A DNA stretch of 63,985 bases, filler included, from Octopus bimaculoides (Eukaryota), in NCBI RefSeq assembly GCF_001194135.2. It is 7 parts of 7 records of this genome, joined end to end, with 100 filler letters (N's around TTAATTAATTAA, not from the genome) between each part and the next. Parts side by side here need not be neighbours in the genome. Positions count along the whole stretch, not along the records: positions 1 to 25,781 come from NC_068988.1; 6 more parts are not named here. One strand, given 5' to 3'. The position numbers were made by a program, and so were the translations under genes. This document shows positions 1 through 13,599 of the stretch, one piece after another (the stretch's first letter is position 1; each line of letters opens with the position of its first letter). The notes under the pieces are model-generated. The model saw nothing but the letters and a program-made list of their open reading frames with translations, was not told the origin of the DNA and ran no database searches.

Positions 1-2
1 AA

Positions 3-957
3 CCTTATAGAAATAATAGATATGGATGTGAATTGTGTTCTATGGAAATATATGAAATTTTTAAACTTAGAAATAATCCTAATCTAATCAATAATAGATT
101 AGACCTTAGGGTATCATGTGTACACTGCTCTACTCGCACTTTTAAATTTTTTACAAAATAGGTCTTTATAAAGTAGCTAAAATTATCAAATTATAGTACT
201 TTACTTCTACCATGGTCATCTAGGACTATCAATTAGCACATAATTTTAAATTGGTAATTGAACCTTTATAACATATATTCCTGATCTCTCACCTTAACAT
301 TTAATCTACTTAAATCAATCATCAGGTTCTTGTATTGAATATCCTTGTTATTTCCTAGCATCTTTTCTTTTTTCAGTCCCTTAAACCTTAGTAAACACAT
401 TATTATAAACTAATATAAATCCGATAATAATTTTTATTCACATTATAAAAATAAAGCTTACCTATGTGTCTCCTAAATAGTATCATTATTTTATTTTCAG
501 TTAAAATTTGTTTTAAGATAATTCAAAATAGTTCTCATGAACTCAATATACTTAATATCCTTAAACTTTACACCCTATCTATAGCCCCTGAATTCAATAA
601 TGACATTATTTCATGATTTTTGTATAAAATAATTACATCTCTTTTTATTTATTTTATTAACATACCTCTTATTGTGAAAATATTGGTTAAACTAATATTG
701 TTATCTGTATAACTATACTGATACTCTATTTAGACTAAAAGACAAAAAACCCATTTGACCCATATACCTAGGGTTTTAATTCCTCAATATTTTGATAGTA
801 GTAAAATGACCTGGTACTACTCTGACCAGGGAAACCTTTATAATCTAATACATTTATAGCCTTGTCCATGCATACTGCTTACACCTTCCCTTTCCTTAGA
901 AGTAATTGTCCCTTATGCTATCACCACTAGATAAGAGACAATAAAATCAGAGACAGT
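3..957 (+). mobile_element. Penelope-like element relic: C-terminus of GIY-YIG endonuclease (3-161) plus AT-rich 3' UTR running into a gap
   Basis: Frame 3 reads PYRNNRYGCELCSMEIYEIFKLRNNPNLINNRLDLRVSCVH...*, matching the PY..CxLC..E..I..LN.R.EL..CxH tail of PLE endonucleases and the ORF at 32136-32519. Confidence 0.75.
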
Positions 958-1974
958 NNNNNNNNNNNNNNNNNNNNNNNNNNNNNNNNNNNNNNNNNNN
1001 NNNNNNNNNNNNNNNNNNNNNNNNNNNNNNNNNNNNNNNNNNNNNNNNNNNNNNNNNNNNNNNNNNNNNNNNNNNNNNNNNNNNNNNNNNNNNNNNNNNN
1101 NNNNNNNNNNNNNNNNNNNNNNNNNNNNNNNNNNNNNNNNNNNNNNNNNNNNNNNNNNNNNNNNNNNNNNNNNNNNNNNNNNNNNNNNNNNNNNNNNNNN
1201 NNNNNNNNNNNNNNNNNNNNNNNNNNNNNNNNNNNNNNNNNNNNNNNNNNNNNNNNNNNNNNNNNNNNNNNNNNNNNNNNNNNNNNNNNNNNNNNNNNNN
1301 NNNNNNNNNNNNNNNNNNNNNNNNNNNNNNNNNNNNNNNNNNNNNNNNNNNNNNNNNNNNNNNNNNNNNNNNNNNNNNNNNNNNNNNNNNNNNNNNNNNN
1401 NNNNNNNNNNNNNNNNNNNNNNNNNNNNNNNNNNNNNNNTATATATATGAGTTCATAGTTGTGTATGTATACAAGTGCATATACACAGGAAGGGCATTGT
1501 GAATCTTAGGCAGCTATGCGTGGCATTAAATTTAAAATGATATATGCCAGAAAAAAATATAGAAAAGAGAGTGACAACATGTATAATTTAGAGCTAAGGG
1601 CTCAAGGTACATGCTGGTATTTACGCACCGTTTAAAAACCATGATATATGTGTGCGTGTATGCATATGTCTGTGTGTGTGTTTAAGTGTGTTCACGTGTG
1701 TCTGTGTGTGTGTGCATGTTTGTGCATGCGTGTGTCTGTGTGTGCGCATGTTTGTGCATGCGTGTGTCTGTGTGAGCATATGTGTGTGTGTATGTGTGCG
1801 TGCGTGTGTATATATATATATATATATGTATACCTATATATGTATATAAGGGACTTTCCCGTCGTATGAGCGCCCAGCTTTTGCCAGATGACCTGCATAA
1901 AAGATTTGTTTATTGTGCTCAAATGTTCGTACTGCATATTACCTCACTATCTCTCCATCAAATCGACGTTATTT

Positions 1975-2105
1975 GAACAGGTGCTTAGTATGCCACGTGC
2001 CAGGTGATTGCAGAGCAACATGATGAGGTGTTTTGCTCAAGAACAGGACGCATCATCCGGCCTAGGAATTGAAATCATGATCTGGCGATCGTGAGTGCAA
2101 CAAAC
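1975..2105 (-). mobile_element. 5' fragment of tRNA-derived CORE-type SINE
   Basis: gtgttttgctcaagaac...ggaattgaaatcatgatc is shared with 10390-10470. Confidence 0.6.
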
Positions 2106-2198
2106 TATATATACATGCATATGTATATACATACATACATACATACATATATTTATGCACACATATATATATGCACACATATATATATATGCACACAT

Positions 2199-2369
2199 AG
2201 AGGTATTTCGTCTGCCAAATTCCGCCGAGGTCGACTTTGCCTTTCATCCTTTCGGGGTCGATTAAATAAGTACCAGTTACGCACTGGGGTCGGTGTAATC
2301 GACTTAATCCGTTTGGCTGTCCTTGTTTGTCCCCTCTGCGTGTAGCCCCTTGTGGGTAGTAAAAAATAG
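2199..2369 (+). mobile_element. tRNA-derived SINE, family A (core aaattccgccgaggtcgactttgcctttcatcctttcggggtcg), 5'-truncated
   Basis: Same core recurs at 44394-44800, 58670-58875 and 59237-59440. Confidence 0.85.
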
Positions 2370-2372
2370 CAC

Positions 2373-2441
<69 letters not shown>

Positions 2442-4437
2442 TACACACACACACACACACACACATGTAGGTAAGCATTGTCATAGTTTTTCATATGGCA
2501 GGCAACAATGATCAGCGTGTCTCCATATGATTGAAGGAAAGTGCAGAAACTTATATAATAGTTCATTGATTGGATGATTCTAATTTCGGCAACGTGAATT
2601 AAAGTGTTTTTCATTGTTGGCAGAACGCAGAAAGATGTTCAAATTCATTGGACAGACAGAGATGCAGACAGATAAACAGACAGACTGATAGATAGATGAA
2701 TGGATACATGGATAGATGGATGGATGGGTGGATCGATAGATAGATAGATAGGTAGATAGATAGATGATAGATAGTGTGGGTGATCTAGTATTTTTGCGAT
2801 ATGTAGAAACTGTATTAAAAAAGGCTAAGTGCATTATGATGATCTAGTGCTTCAAATATACTTTACTTTCGTAATTGCAATCGTTTCTTATACCTCAGAC
2901 AAGCTGTGCTTAACCGTATTGCATACAGTTTTGCAATCAGAATGTGTTGCATTTCTGAAATGGTTCGTAATATACTCTCTGCCAGCTATTGTAATTTATT
3001 TCTGAAATAATGTTTACCTATGAATAAAATTGCTTTAAACCATAACAAACCATTGTTAGTCACATCTATTTTAACTCAGATTATTTTAGAAAAATTCCTG
3101 TATTGTATTGGCAGGTTGGATTTGAGTGATATTTGGCTGCTATTTTTGTCGCTGTGAAAGTAAATCAAAGACAAATATTGGTATTAATAAATCAGAGCTG
3201 AATAAGCACACATTCATCTATGAATTCAGCTACTATCGAGTTACTTTCTCACCACGAGATGGATTGAACCGTTGTCAGCTAAATAGATTTGTACATCATT
3301 AGTGATGACAAGGCGACAATCTGCTAACTGTTTCACTAATAATCTTTCAACATCTTAGATTTAGAAATCTGCTTACTTCAGACGTCTGCATGGAGATGAG
3401 TATTTCATAACAACACTCGGAAATGAAAGAAGTAATAATTCGCTAATAAATGAATAAATGAATAAATAAACCTAAAGCTAAATTCTGCGTTTAGGTTTAC
3501 ATAAATAAAACCCTCTCCTACTGTCAAAGAAAACAATAATGTACTTAAAAACAAATAGATCTAGAAATAATATATATACAAAACAGAAAGATAATAAGTT
3601 TACATTATCAATATTGTCTTCATTTCATTCCTTTCAATCTATTTATTCCACTGAAAGCTGCAAGACTTAATATTCTCTCATAAATTTAGGTTTGCCAGTC
3701 GTCTGTTATATTAGCAATATAGTTTGTTCACTTTATATGCTTTGCTTTTGTCTCGTTTGTTCATTATCCACTTTTTATATTCATAATATTTTCATGATAT
3801 CTTCATGGCCTGTGTTTACCACTGATTGTTCCCCAGTGTTTGTTTAATATCAATATTTTTTCTGATAATATGTTTTCAATGTTATTTCCTTGAGTCTTCG
3901 ATGTCAAGTGTGTTCATAGTCTATTGTGTTTTCTATCCAGGTTGTTCACTGACAGTTTATTCAAGTTAATACAGTTAGTTTGTTCACTGTTTATTTACTA
4001 TCAATGTTATTACTATCCATGTGCTCTATGCAAGATTGTTCCTTTCAGTTAGCATGTTTATTTTGTATTTTCATTGTCACTGTTTTAACTTGTTAGCATG
4101 TTGATGGTTAGCGTGGCAATAAAAAAAATAAACTCAAACGCTCATTTCGTTTGTTTGTGTTTAATTCGAACTCTAGGCTTACTTTGTTAAGCATATATTT
4201 GTTCGTTACTTGGTATCTTGCTTGTTATAGATTCTGTATTAATTAGACTAATTTGATGCGTAAAAACGTTCCCTATGAAATATTTTCATTCATAAATATT
4301 TTTCCGACTTTCTTTATAAAACTTGTGCATTTTCTTCATGCATGTGTCTTTTTGGCATATTAAAAAAATTACATTCTGCCAGTATATTTTCTTTGGTTTA
4401 TGGTCGTACTTGTGTGTATATTTGCTTTAGTGATTTG

Positions 4438-4501
<64 letters not shown>

Positions 4502-4552
4502 NNNNNNNNNNNNNNNNNNNNNNNNNNNNNNNNNNNNNNNNNNNNNNNNNNN

Positions 4553-4595
<43 letters not shown>

Positions 4596-4639
4596 GTTTA
4601 TAAATAATCAGATATATAATAACTGATAATAACTTTATG

Positions 4640-5782
4640 AAAAAATGTTATTCAATAAAGCCAACTTCAGGTTTAACAACTGCTTCTATATGAGATCTAA
4701 AGCATCTACATGCTCCAATCAAGTTGTCCTGGTTCATTTCTGACATTACTCTGACTATGGCACCTTTAAAGAATCTTTGGTGTTATGGGGGTCTTCATTA
4801 ACCTCTCTCTCAACAATGCTCCACATGTAATAATCCATTTAAGACCTGGAGAATTAGAAGGCCAAATGCTAAAGTTTATGTGATCATCAAAATTTTCAGC
4901 CATCCATTCCTGTGTTACTAGAGCCATGTGTGATAGTGCAGTCTTACTGAAACAAATATGGCCTTCTATTGCATACACTGTCTATCCAGAGCTTAACACT
5001 TATTTCCAGGACCTCAATATAGGCGGAAGAGTTTACTCTAAGGCCTTGTGGAAAGAAGTAAGGAGGCATCACATGTCCTTCATTGCTGACAACCCCTAAA
5101 CCCATGACAATTGCAGGAAATTCTGTACGCATAACACTTGGAACTTCAGAAGGGTCTGCATATAACCATCTGTCATTTCTTCTCTTAACTTCTTTTTTTT
5201 TTTTATCTTGGTCGACGTTTTTTCTCGTTTGAGAAAAACCAAGTCAAATCTTCTGCTAGAGTTTTCAGTTTGCTTAACAACCTTTTAGATTTGATGTAGT
5301 GATTTTCTTTCGCTTTTTTTGACAAATTGACCTTTGCTCATTATATAAGACGTATATCTGATGTCTTCGTGGACAACATTTCCGACTGTTCCTTCTGACA
5401 CATGGAGATCTTTTGCAATTGACCTCATGGAATTCTGGGATTGTAATCAATCGTCTGTTGAAGTTTCTTAATAAATTCAAGAGTTTTGATTTCAGAGCGT
5501 TTAGAATGCCTTTTATGCTGTGATACTAGTGATACATTTCCATCTTCAGCCTTTAACTCCTTACAAACATTGTAGACGAAACATGTGGCAACTTTTGAAA
5601 ATCAGGTTATTTCTAAATCGCTATGCTCAGCTTCTATAACCACAATAACAGCATGCCTCTTCATTTCCTGAGTAAGCCGGAGGTCTGCCATTATTTTTTT
5701 TCTGAAACAAAGATTGTACAAAATTAGCAACAACTGCAGCAATGGCACCAAAAATGAATGTCCTCAAATACCTTACGCACCC

Positions 5783-5784
<2 letters not shown>
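4640..5784 (-). mobile_element. Degenerate Tc1/mariner transposon, maT/DD37D-like
   Basis: Fragments MRTEFPAIVMGLGVVSNEGHVMPPYFFPQGLRVN...PYLFQ and ALVTQEWMAENF...IWPSNSP; D2-D3 spacing is 37 after repairing frameshifts; terminus CAGGGTGCGTAAGG at 5784 abuts (TA)n; other end not identified. Confidence 0.8.
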
Positions 5785-5851
<67 letters not shown>

Positions 5852-6532
5852 TTTTTTTTTCTGATGCATGTGTATTCTGTGCAAGTGAAAAAATATCCTT
5901 GAGACATAAATGGAAAATTTAGCGTTTGTTTTCATCAATGTTTTGGTTTGCTTTGGTATGGATATTGCTTTTATTTTAGCTATTGTTTTAATAACAGCTT
6001 TTGTTTCTTTCCTGTAATTGTTATTAATAGTATTATTATTTACTTTACTTTTGCTTTAGTTGTCCATACTTTATATTGTTTTCGTGTTGGTGGTTGTACA
6101 TATTATGTGATTATTGTTATTCAGCCATTACAATGTACCACTGTCGGTGAAATTTATTCGATAATAATGACTACGCAAGTGTGGGATTGAATATTCATAA
6201 ATATATAGATATAACTTAGACCAGAATTTCAGCGAGTACCTTCTTCCAAATCATTAATAATGAAAACGATTTTATATGACTGTCAGAATTTGTAATCTCC
6301 TTTCTGAACGTGTTCTCATTATCGCCCTAAGATTCGTTTAAATATACACAGCAATGATATTCTTATCATTATAGAAATACAATTCTATTCTCCGTTATAG
6401 ATTCTACTTGGTCTACTATATCGGACTACACAAGTTTAACATACATTAGTGTGGGGTAATTTCAAGTGTACGAATATGCAGTCTTGTTACACTATATTTT
6501 CTAAAGAGATTCTATGATAGTAAAGAAATTTA

Positions 6533-6919
6533 TTGTTGACGATGGCACTCCGTCGCTTGCGACGTCGAGGGTTCCGGTTGATCCGATCAACGGAACAGCC
6601 TGCTCGTGAAATTAACGTACAAGTGACTGAGCAATCCACAGACACGTGTACCCTTAACGTAGTTCTCGGGGAGATTCAGCGTGACACAGTGTGACAAGGC
6701 TGACCCTTTGAATTACAGGCACAACAGAAACAGGAAGTAAGAGTGAGAGAAAATTGTGGTGAAAGAGTACAGCAGGGTTCACCACTATCCCCTGCCGTAG
6801 TCTCGTGGAGCTTTAGGTGTTCTTGCTCAATAAACACTCACAACGCCCGGTCTGGGAATTGAAACCGCGATCCTATAACCGCGAGTCCACTGCCCTAACC
6901 ACTGGGCCATTGCGCCTCC
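6533..6919 (-). mobile_element. Full-length tRNA-derived SINE, family C
   Basis: A box TGGCCCAGTGG and B box GGTTTCAATTCC on the minus strand; near-identical copies at 50140-50476 and 61808-62143; 9-bp TSD agaaattta at 6524-6532 and 6923-6931. Confidence 0.9.
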
Positions 6920-6969
6920 TGTAGAAATTTAACAGGAGATAAAGACTTATATAGAGACAGTGAGATGGC

Positions 6970-7920
6970 TGTAGTCCAACTCTTAAGGGGATATAGTTTA
7001 CATGCGTTTAGAAAACCCTTTATATCACCTCCAATAACGTCAGCCTAAATATATCCATGTCCTAGAATCCGAGTATTTTCAATTTCATAAATGTATTCCG
7101 AAATTTAAACACGGAGAATAATACGGAATATTGAACAAAAAGGGCGTTACACATTGCAAATTATATTATAGTTTTTAAAAGTCATATTGCTAGTACCAGC
7201 TCCAGTATTTTAATTGATCATCGAATTAAAAACAAAATCGTCGATAATGTTCGTACTATAATAAAGGGAAATCCACCGTATTTAAATATAAGGTTACATA
7301 AAAAATAGTTTTCCCTAATCAACAATAAGAAGTTCATCAGTTTCAGAATTCCTTCTTCCTCAATGTTGTGTTTTGTAATGCTTAAAAAATTTCTACTCAT
7401 GGTAAACATTTCCCAGTTAATCATAGAAACAATATTTCTCTGAGTTACAACTGTACTGCTAATATTAAAGAGTTAGTAACATGTAAACAAACGAAACGAA
7501 CTCTAGCTAACTATGCATAGAGAAGTAGAAACTTATGTCCTCTTAACCAAGCATGCGACGCTGAATCAATTACATGTTTGGGTGTAACTACCTCCAACTA
7601 AACAAATATTAACATTGTTCTTAAATGCCATGTGGATATATTTGAACAACGATACAGCCATTAGTTGTCTAGGAAATATGGAAAATATGCCACAAATGTA
7701 TCCAATTATATCTGAAGCTTTAAAGAACACGCGACTGATTTTTGTATCAAGTGGGATTATAAATATGATGAAGATCTTGGCGGGTGGCTACAAGATTTGC
7801 CAGGTTATATATTGCTTGAAAGAAGCTCATATGTCTTTATAGATATGCGCACTTTAAATATGTAATAGCAAAATTATTTCTCAAATACGCTGCACCGGAG
7901 ATTATCTCCTATAAAACTGC
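6970..7920 (+). mobile_element. Degenerate Penelope-like element (RT thumb, linker and GIY-YIG)
   Basis: Translated fragments KHFPVNHRNNISLSYNCTANIKEL, RSRNLCPLNQAC and YATNVSNYI*SFKEHATDFCIKW match the KHFP..SYSC, CPL.G.C and LS.YIW.LK..I.W motifs; multiple stops and frameshifts. Confidence 0.7.
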
Positions 7921-10128
7921 AAAATTAAATGCCTACAAGACTGGATAGTGCAATATTTAACTACGTACGGGAATGACTCATATCCAGTCTACGACTCTTA
8001 CTTGTTTTTATATTTACGGAATACCTGAGAAAAATGTCATGCAGAATAATATAGCTGCCTGATTTCAACTCTAAATTTTTTTAATCAGTTCAAGATTCTC
8101 TCATCTCTGAATAAATAACTAGGGCTGCTATAATTCAGGCTCTGCTACAATAAAGCAATAAAATTAGTGATCTCATTAAACTTCATGATATTATATATGC
8201 ACTGATACCTAATAATTTTGTATTCAAAGTATCGACACTCATTTCCATATAATCTATTTCTCCCAACTCCTTAGTCATATTATTTTTAAGACTTCCACTT
8301 TTATATTTGTTAAATTGTTGTAGTAGCACACTTTGTAATTCACCAAGGGAGACAATTTCTTTTAAAGATATTAATATGCAATGTATAATGAACCTTATAA
8401 GTTTTAAACCAAATTGCAGTGAGTTTTTTAATAGTTTCAAATTAACTGAATGAGAACCTTTTAGTTTAAACACTTCAATAAGAAGTTATGTCAGTAATAG
8501 ATGTATGCGCATTTCGTTCGTATAAAAACCTATAAATCACTTTACATGCTTGTATATGTGTGCATATTTGTAAGAGTGTATGTGTATCAACCATTCGTCT
8601 GCTACAATATGATTAAAAGCATTTTAAAGTAACTACAAATGTTTGTTTTGCGGCAAACAACTTAAGTAGTAAACGAAAGAATGTAACCATTAATTCTTTG
8701 ATCCAAACCGACCCCAACATTAGACATATCTTGAAATTCTATTTACTTGATAAAGGTCAAATTTTAAAGAATGCATCATTCTTGGAAAAACACGCTTCCT
8801 TTTTTTGTTTGCTTTTATCGTAATTGTTCTTCTTATTTTTGTATTACATCAGTTCAGCTCTAATCGAACAAATATGTTGTATGCAGTTACACAGAATACA
8901 AAGAATGACACGTGCAGAAGAGTTTTCAATTCAGAAACTCAGTGACACGAACTAAGGAACATAACCACACTACGTATTCACATTGTAACCAACAACCGTT
9001 AAATAATAATAGGAGGTGCAGTTTTGAAACTTGGACATAAAAATGCTTATGTTAGCAATTATTGCTCTAGCATAGATATATAGTCAGGTATATTTGAGAG
9101 TGATTCGTTAAGAAATCATGATGATCTGTCAGATACGGATGTTTCGTGTCAGGTTTAACTTAAATTCGTCTGTTAAAAATAAGTTTGGCACTAGAAATAC
9201 GCTGGTGTTATACGGCTTCTTGCACTCAATTCCTATAAAATTAGGTGATTTCTTCTATGGAAAAATAAATTTATAGCACATCATAAGTGAAGGATAATAT
9301 TTACTCACGTATTTGAATATACATATACATATATTCAGGAAGTTGTGTGCATACATACATTTATCAATGTAATTAATTGGGAAGCAGTTAAATAATATAT
9401 GTCTGTTTACCTCAATTAAAATATACATGGAAAAATACACGTAGATACAAATAAGTTTTTACGAAAGTAATATGCTATCTAGATGTATATACGCCTCTAT
9501 ATAACATATATAAAATAATTTTTTACTCTTGCAGATTTGAAATTCAATCGCCGAGGACCCCATCCAAGCCTGTTCGGCATGGGAGCGTGACATATGGGTA
9601 GTCGATAAGCTGGAAAGCAAAACGATATATATAGAGCGCATGAATATTAATACGCATGTGCATGTGTGCGTGTGTCTGAACATGCTTGCAGCTTTAAATA
9701 CTACTACTTAAAATCTACAATGCTGACTGTTTCTATCGTCCTGATTAATTAATTATTTAATTAATTAATTTTTCCTTATTTCCCTTTTGCAAGTTTTCCA
9801 TTTAAATGCTTAAACCATTTACTAGTGACACATGTCCTACAAATATTTTCCAATATTTTTCATAAATATTGTCTCTCACTTTGCAGTACAGAAGAGAATA
9901 TAAACGTTCTCCAAGAACTAATACATGGAACAGCATTTATTGGAAATATTCAGTTGAAAGAATGTATTTTATGGAACAAATATTTCCTCCTGTTCTCTTC
10001 TTCCAAATATTGTGCCCTTTGCTTACAAATTCAATTAGACCACAGCTCCATTCACCAAATGAAGAATACTACACACACATACAGACACACACGTACACAT
10101 ACACACACATACACACACATGCTCACAC

Positions 10129-10179
<51 letters not shown>

Positions 10180-10187
10180 AAGCCTCC

Positions 10188-10500
10188 CCCTTCGGTCATG
10201 AATGCCCATGGGATTGCATCTAGAAAGTTATGCTGGGCAAGGTTGTTTTATGGAAGGCTAGCAGTCACCCATGCATACCAGCCTTCCCTCTCCACGCCAC
10301 CGATGTTATCCAAGGGAAGGGCACAGGCCGATCTAGCCTGACCCCAGTGACGTCGCAACTCATTTCTACAGCTGAGGAAACTGGAGCAACGTGAAATAAA
10401 GTGTTTTGCTCAAGAACACAATACACAGCCCAGTCTGGGTATCGAACTCACTATCTCATGATTGTGAACCTGTCGCTCGAACCACTGAGCCGAACCACAC
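10188..10500 (-). mobile_element. CORE-type SINE
   Basis: catttctacagctgaggaaactggagcaacgtgaaataaagtgttttgctcaagaacac resembles the MIR/CORE domain; tRNA-like head at the right end. Confidence 0.75.
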
Positions 10501-11264
10501 ACACACACACATAATTATATATAAGTGTATATGTGTATGCATATATGCATATGTGCATATATTTGCCAGTGTCCGTGTGTTGTGTGTTTACAGTTATATA
10601 TTATATATATTATTTGTACACACAAATATATATACAACACAGATGTGCCAGACATTCTCTGCAATTGGGTGAAATGCTTCTTGTACACTCCTCTTAAAAC
10701 ATCGACGGGTTTACCTATAATGGGAACATATCAAAAAATTGTAATTCCCAGGTGTATGTGAGTAAGAAACATGAAATTAAAGCAAGCGATTTATTGGATG
10801 CACCAATGTCACCTGTGCAATATAACAGACATCCGTCTGTTTGTTATTCATGCAATTTTACAGCCGATTTCCGTCAAAGATGGATTAACGGATCAAAGAA
10901 AAAGCTCGACGCTCATAATGCCAAGTCAGATGAGTTAAGTCTGTTAGGAATGTTACTCCCCTCCTTCTAATCCCATTGGTTAGTTAGAGCAACCAATGAA
11001 AATGCTTAGCAAATGTTATATTTATGGAGGACTTACCGCATGACATGATGTTGCAGCGTTATAGGAAGATGCCCTGAGAATTTATGAGCAAATGGTCTCA
11101 GGCTAATGTGTGCATATGACAGTAACTATGTGTATATATCCGTGTGTGTGTTTATGTAGCTTTATTAGTGAGTGTGCATTTATGTTAACACATTTTTTTA
11201 TTGTATATACGATTGTGTGTGTGTAGTTTACCTTCTCACTCTACCCAAATATTAAAAAATAAAT

Positions 11265-11618
11265 TTTTATTTGTTTCAGTCATTTCACTGCAGCCATGCT
11301 GGAGCACCACCTTAAACTGTTTTAGTCGAACAAAACTACCCCAAGAGTATTTTTCTAAGACTAGTACTAATTCTATCGGTCACTTTTGTCGAATCGCTAA
11401 GCTACGGGGACGTAAACAAACCAACACCAGTTGTCATGCGGTAACAGGGGTTCAAGCACAAAGATGCACACACATAGATATATGAATATATAGATATATA
11501 TGACGGGGTTCTTTCAGAGTCAATCTACCAAATCCACCCAAAAGGCTTTGGTCGGCCCGGAACCATCTGGTTAGGAAGCAAGCTTCTTATCGTACGGTTT
11601 CGCCTGCGCCTATATATA
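11265..11618 (-). mobile_element. SINE family B (internal microsatellite), cut by a gap
   Basis: Reverse complement of 43677-44200 (ggtgctccagcatggc tail; ggccgaccaaagcc...gatttggtaga). Confidence 0.8.
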
Positions 11619-12693
11619 NNNNNNNNNNNNNNNNNNNNNNNNNNNNNNNNNNNNNNNNNNNNNNNNNNNNNNNNNNNNNNNNNNNNNNNNNNNNNNNNNN
11701 NNNNNNNNNNNNNNNNNNNNNNNNNNNNNNNNNNNNNNNNNNNNNNNNNNNNNNNNNNNNNNNNNNNNNNNNNNNNNNNNNNNNNNNNNNNNNNNNNNNN
11801 NNNNNNNNNNNNNNNNNNNNNNNNNNNNNNNNNNNNNNNNNNNNNNNNNNNNNNNNNNNNNNNNNNNNNNNNNNNNNNNNNNNNNNNNNNNNNNNNNNNN
11901 NNNNNNNNNNNNNNNNNNNNNNNNNNNNNNNNNNNNNNNNNNNNNNNNNNNNNNNNNNNNNNNNNNNNNNNNNNNNNNNNNNNNNNNNNNNNNNNNNNNN
12001 NNNNNNNNNNNNNNNNNNNNNNNNNNNNNNNNNNNNNNNNNNNNNNNNNNNNNNNNNNNNNNNNNNNNNNNNNNNNNNNNNNNNNNNNNNNNNNNNNNNN
12101 NNNNNNNNNNNNNNNNNNNNNNNNNNNNNNNNNNNNNNNNNNNNNNNNNNNNNNNNNNNNNNNNNNNNNNNNNNNNNNNNNNNNNNNNNNNNNNNNNNNN
12201 NNNNNNNNNNNNNNNNNNNNNNNNNNNNNNNNNNNNNNNNNNNNNNNNNNNNNNNNNNNNNNNNNNNNNNNNNNNNNNNNNNNNNNNNNNNNNNNNNNNN
12301 NNNNNNNNNNNNNNNNNNNNNNNNNNNNNNNNNNNNNNNNNNNNNNNNNNNNNNNNNNNNNNNNNNNNNNNNNNNNNNNNNNNNNNNNNNNNNNNNNNNN
12401 NNNNNNNNNNNNNNNNNNNNNNNNNNNNNNNNNNNNNNNNNNNNNNNNNNNNNNNNNNNNNNNNNNNNNNNNNNNNNNNNNNNNNNNNNNNNNNNNNNNN
12501 NNNNNNNNNNNNNNNNNNNNNNNNNNNNNNNNNNNNNNNNNNNNNNNNNNNNNNNNNNNNAGAGACAAAAACCTGGCAATCTTATATCTTCTTTTCAAGT
12601 GAAATTCTTCACTGATATCGAAAAGGTGAAAACAAGCAATGTTAATTCTCTAAATGAAGTATTAACAGTAACTGCACGATAAAGTGTAGTATA

Positions 12694-12905
12694 TTGCCAC
12701 TTAAGTGTGGCTGACCCCTAGGGGTGGATGTTACTGTTGCTTTTAGCCCCAGGAGGACATCTCCTCCAGCTGGCTTATCGACACACGACTGTGTCCTGTT
12801 TGCCAAGGGTAGTTATCCCTCTCACCAACATCTGCAGCACGAACGGATCCGGATTTCAGGGTTATTTTCCTTCGTCGGCGTCCGATAGCCGCTGACCTTG
12901 GTGAG
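12694..12905. repeat. Unclassified interspersed repeat (ccacttaa...gatgttact...ccccaggagga...ccagctgg)
   Basis: Related copies at 51313-51545 and 51648-51750. Confidence 0.6.
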
Positions 12906-13599
12906 AGAGACAAAAACCTGGCAATCTTGGAAACGTTTTGAATATGTAAATAAAGCTTCTATTCCATTATGCCGGGCACAGTCTAATGATACTGTAGTGG
13001 GAATATATAGTCAGTACAAGGTGTTGATATGGCTGAGTGTATATTATTACAAGAGTTCATATATAGATGAAAGTATAAGTTCAAGATTTATATATTTTCT
13101 ACATAAAAACATATTTTATTTCTTTTATCGATGATGATACGTGTGATCAAAATATATAATCTAGTTGAATGTAGTAATATATGCAAGAAAGTTCAAAGAT
13201 AGAAAATGTAGAAATAACAGCTAAGTGGTGGTTTCAGTCATGTGGCGTAGAGAAATAGACGGACATAGCAATGACGTGTATGGCTCTGAGTCTAATCGAC
13301 TAAGAAGCGAACAGCTGGGTTACCAAGCTGTTTTTATTAATGGAACGCTAGACATTCTAGAAGCTTCCAAGAGAAACGCTAAGCTTTTTGAATAATCAGC
13401 AATCACATCTCATGACGCAGATGCTTCGAGAAATTTAGAAAGGGAGGTAAATCTAGGTTCTTTTTGGCAAGGGAGATAATTCAACTATTTAGATAATTAG
13501 ATCACTTCAATGCTGACTGATGAACTAGTTTTTCGGAGTTGCATTGAGTTGTGCCGATAAAATGAAGGATAAATATTATGATAATAATAGCAATATTCA

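Noticed and set aside
6860-6919. tRNA-like heads of SINEs as tRNA genes
   Set aside because: A/B boxes continue into SINE bodies present in multiple copies; no complete cloverleaf.
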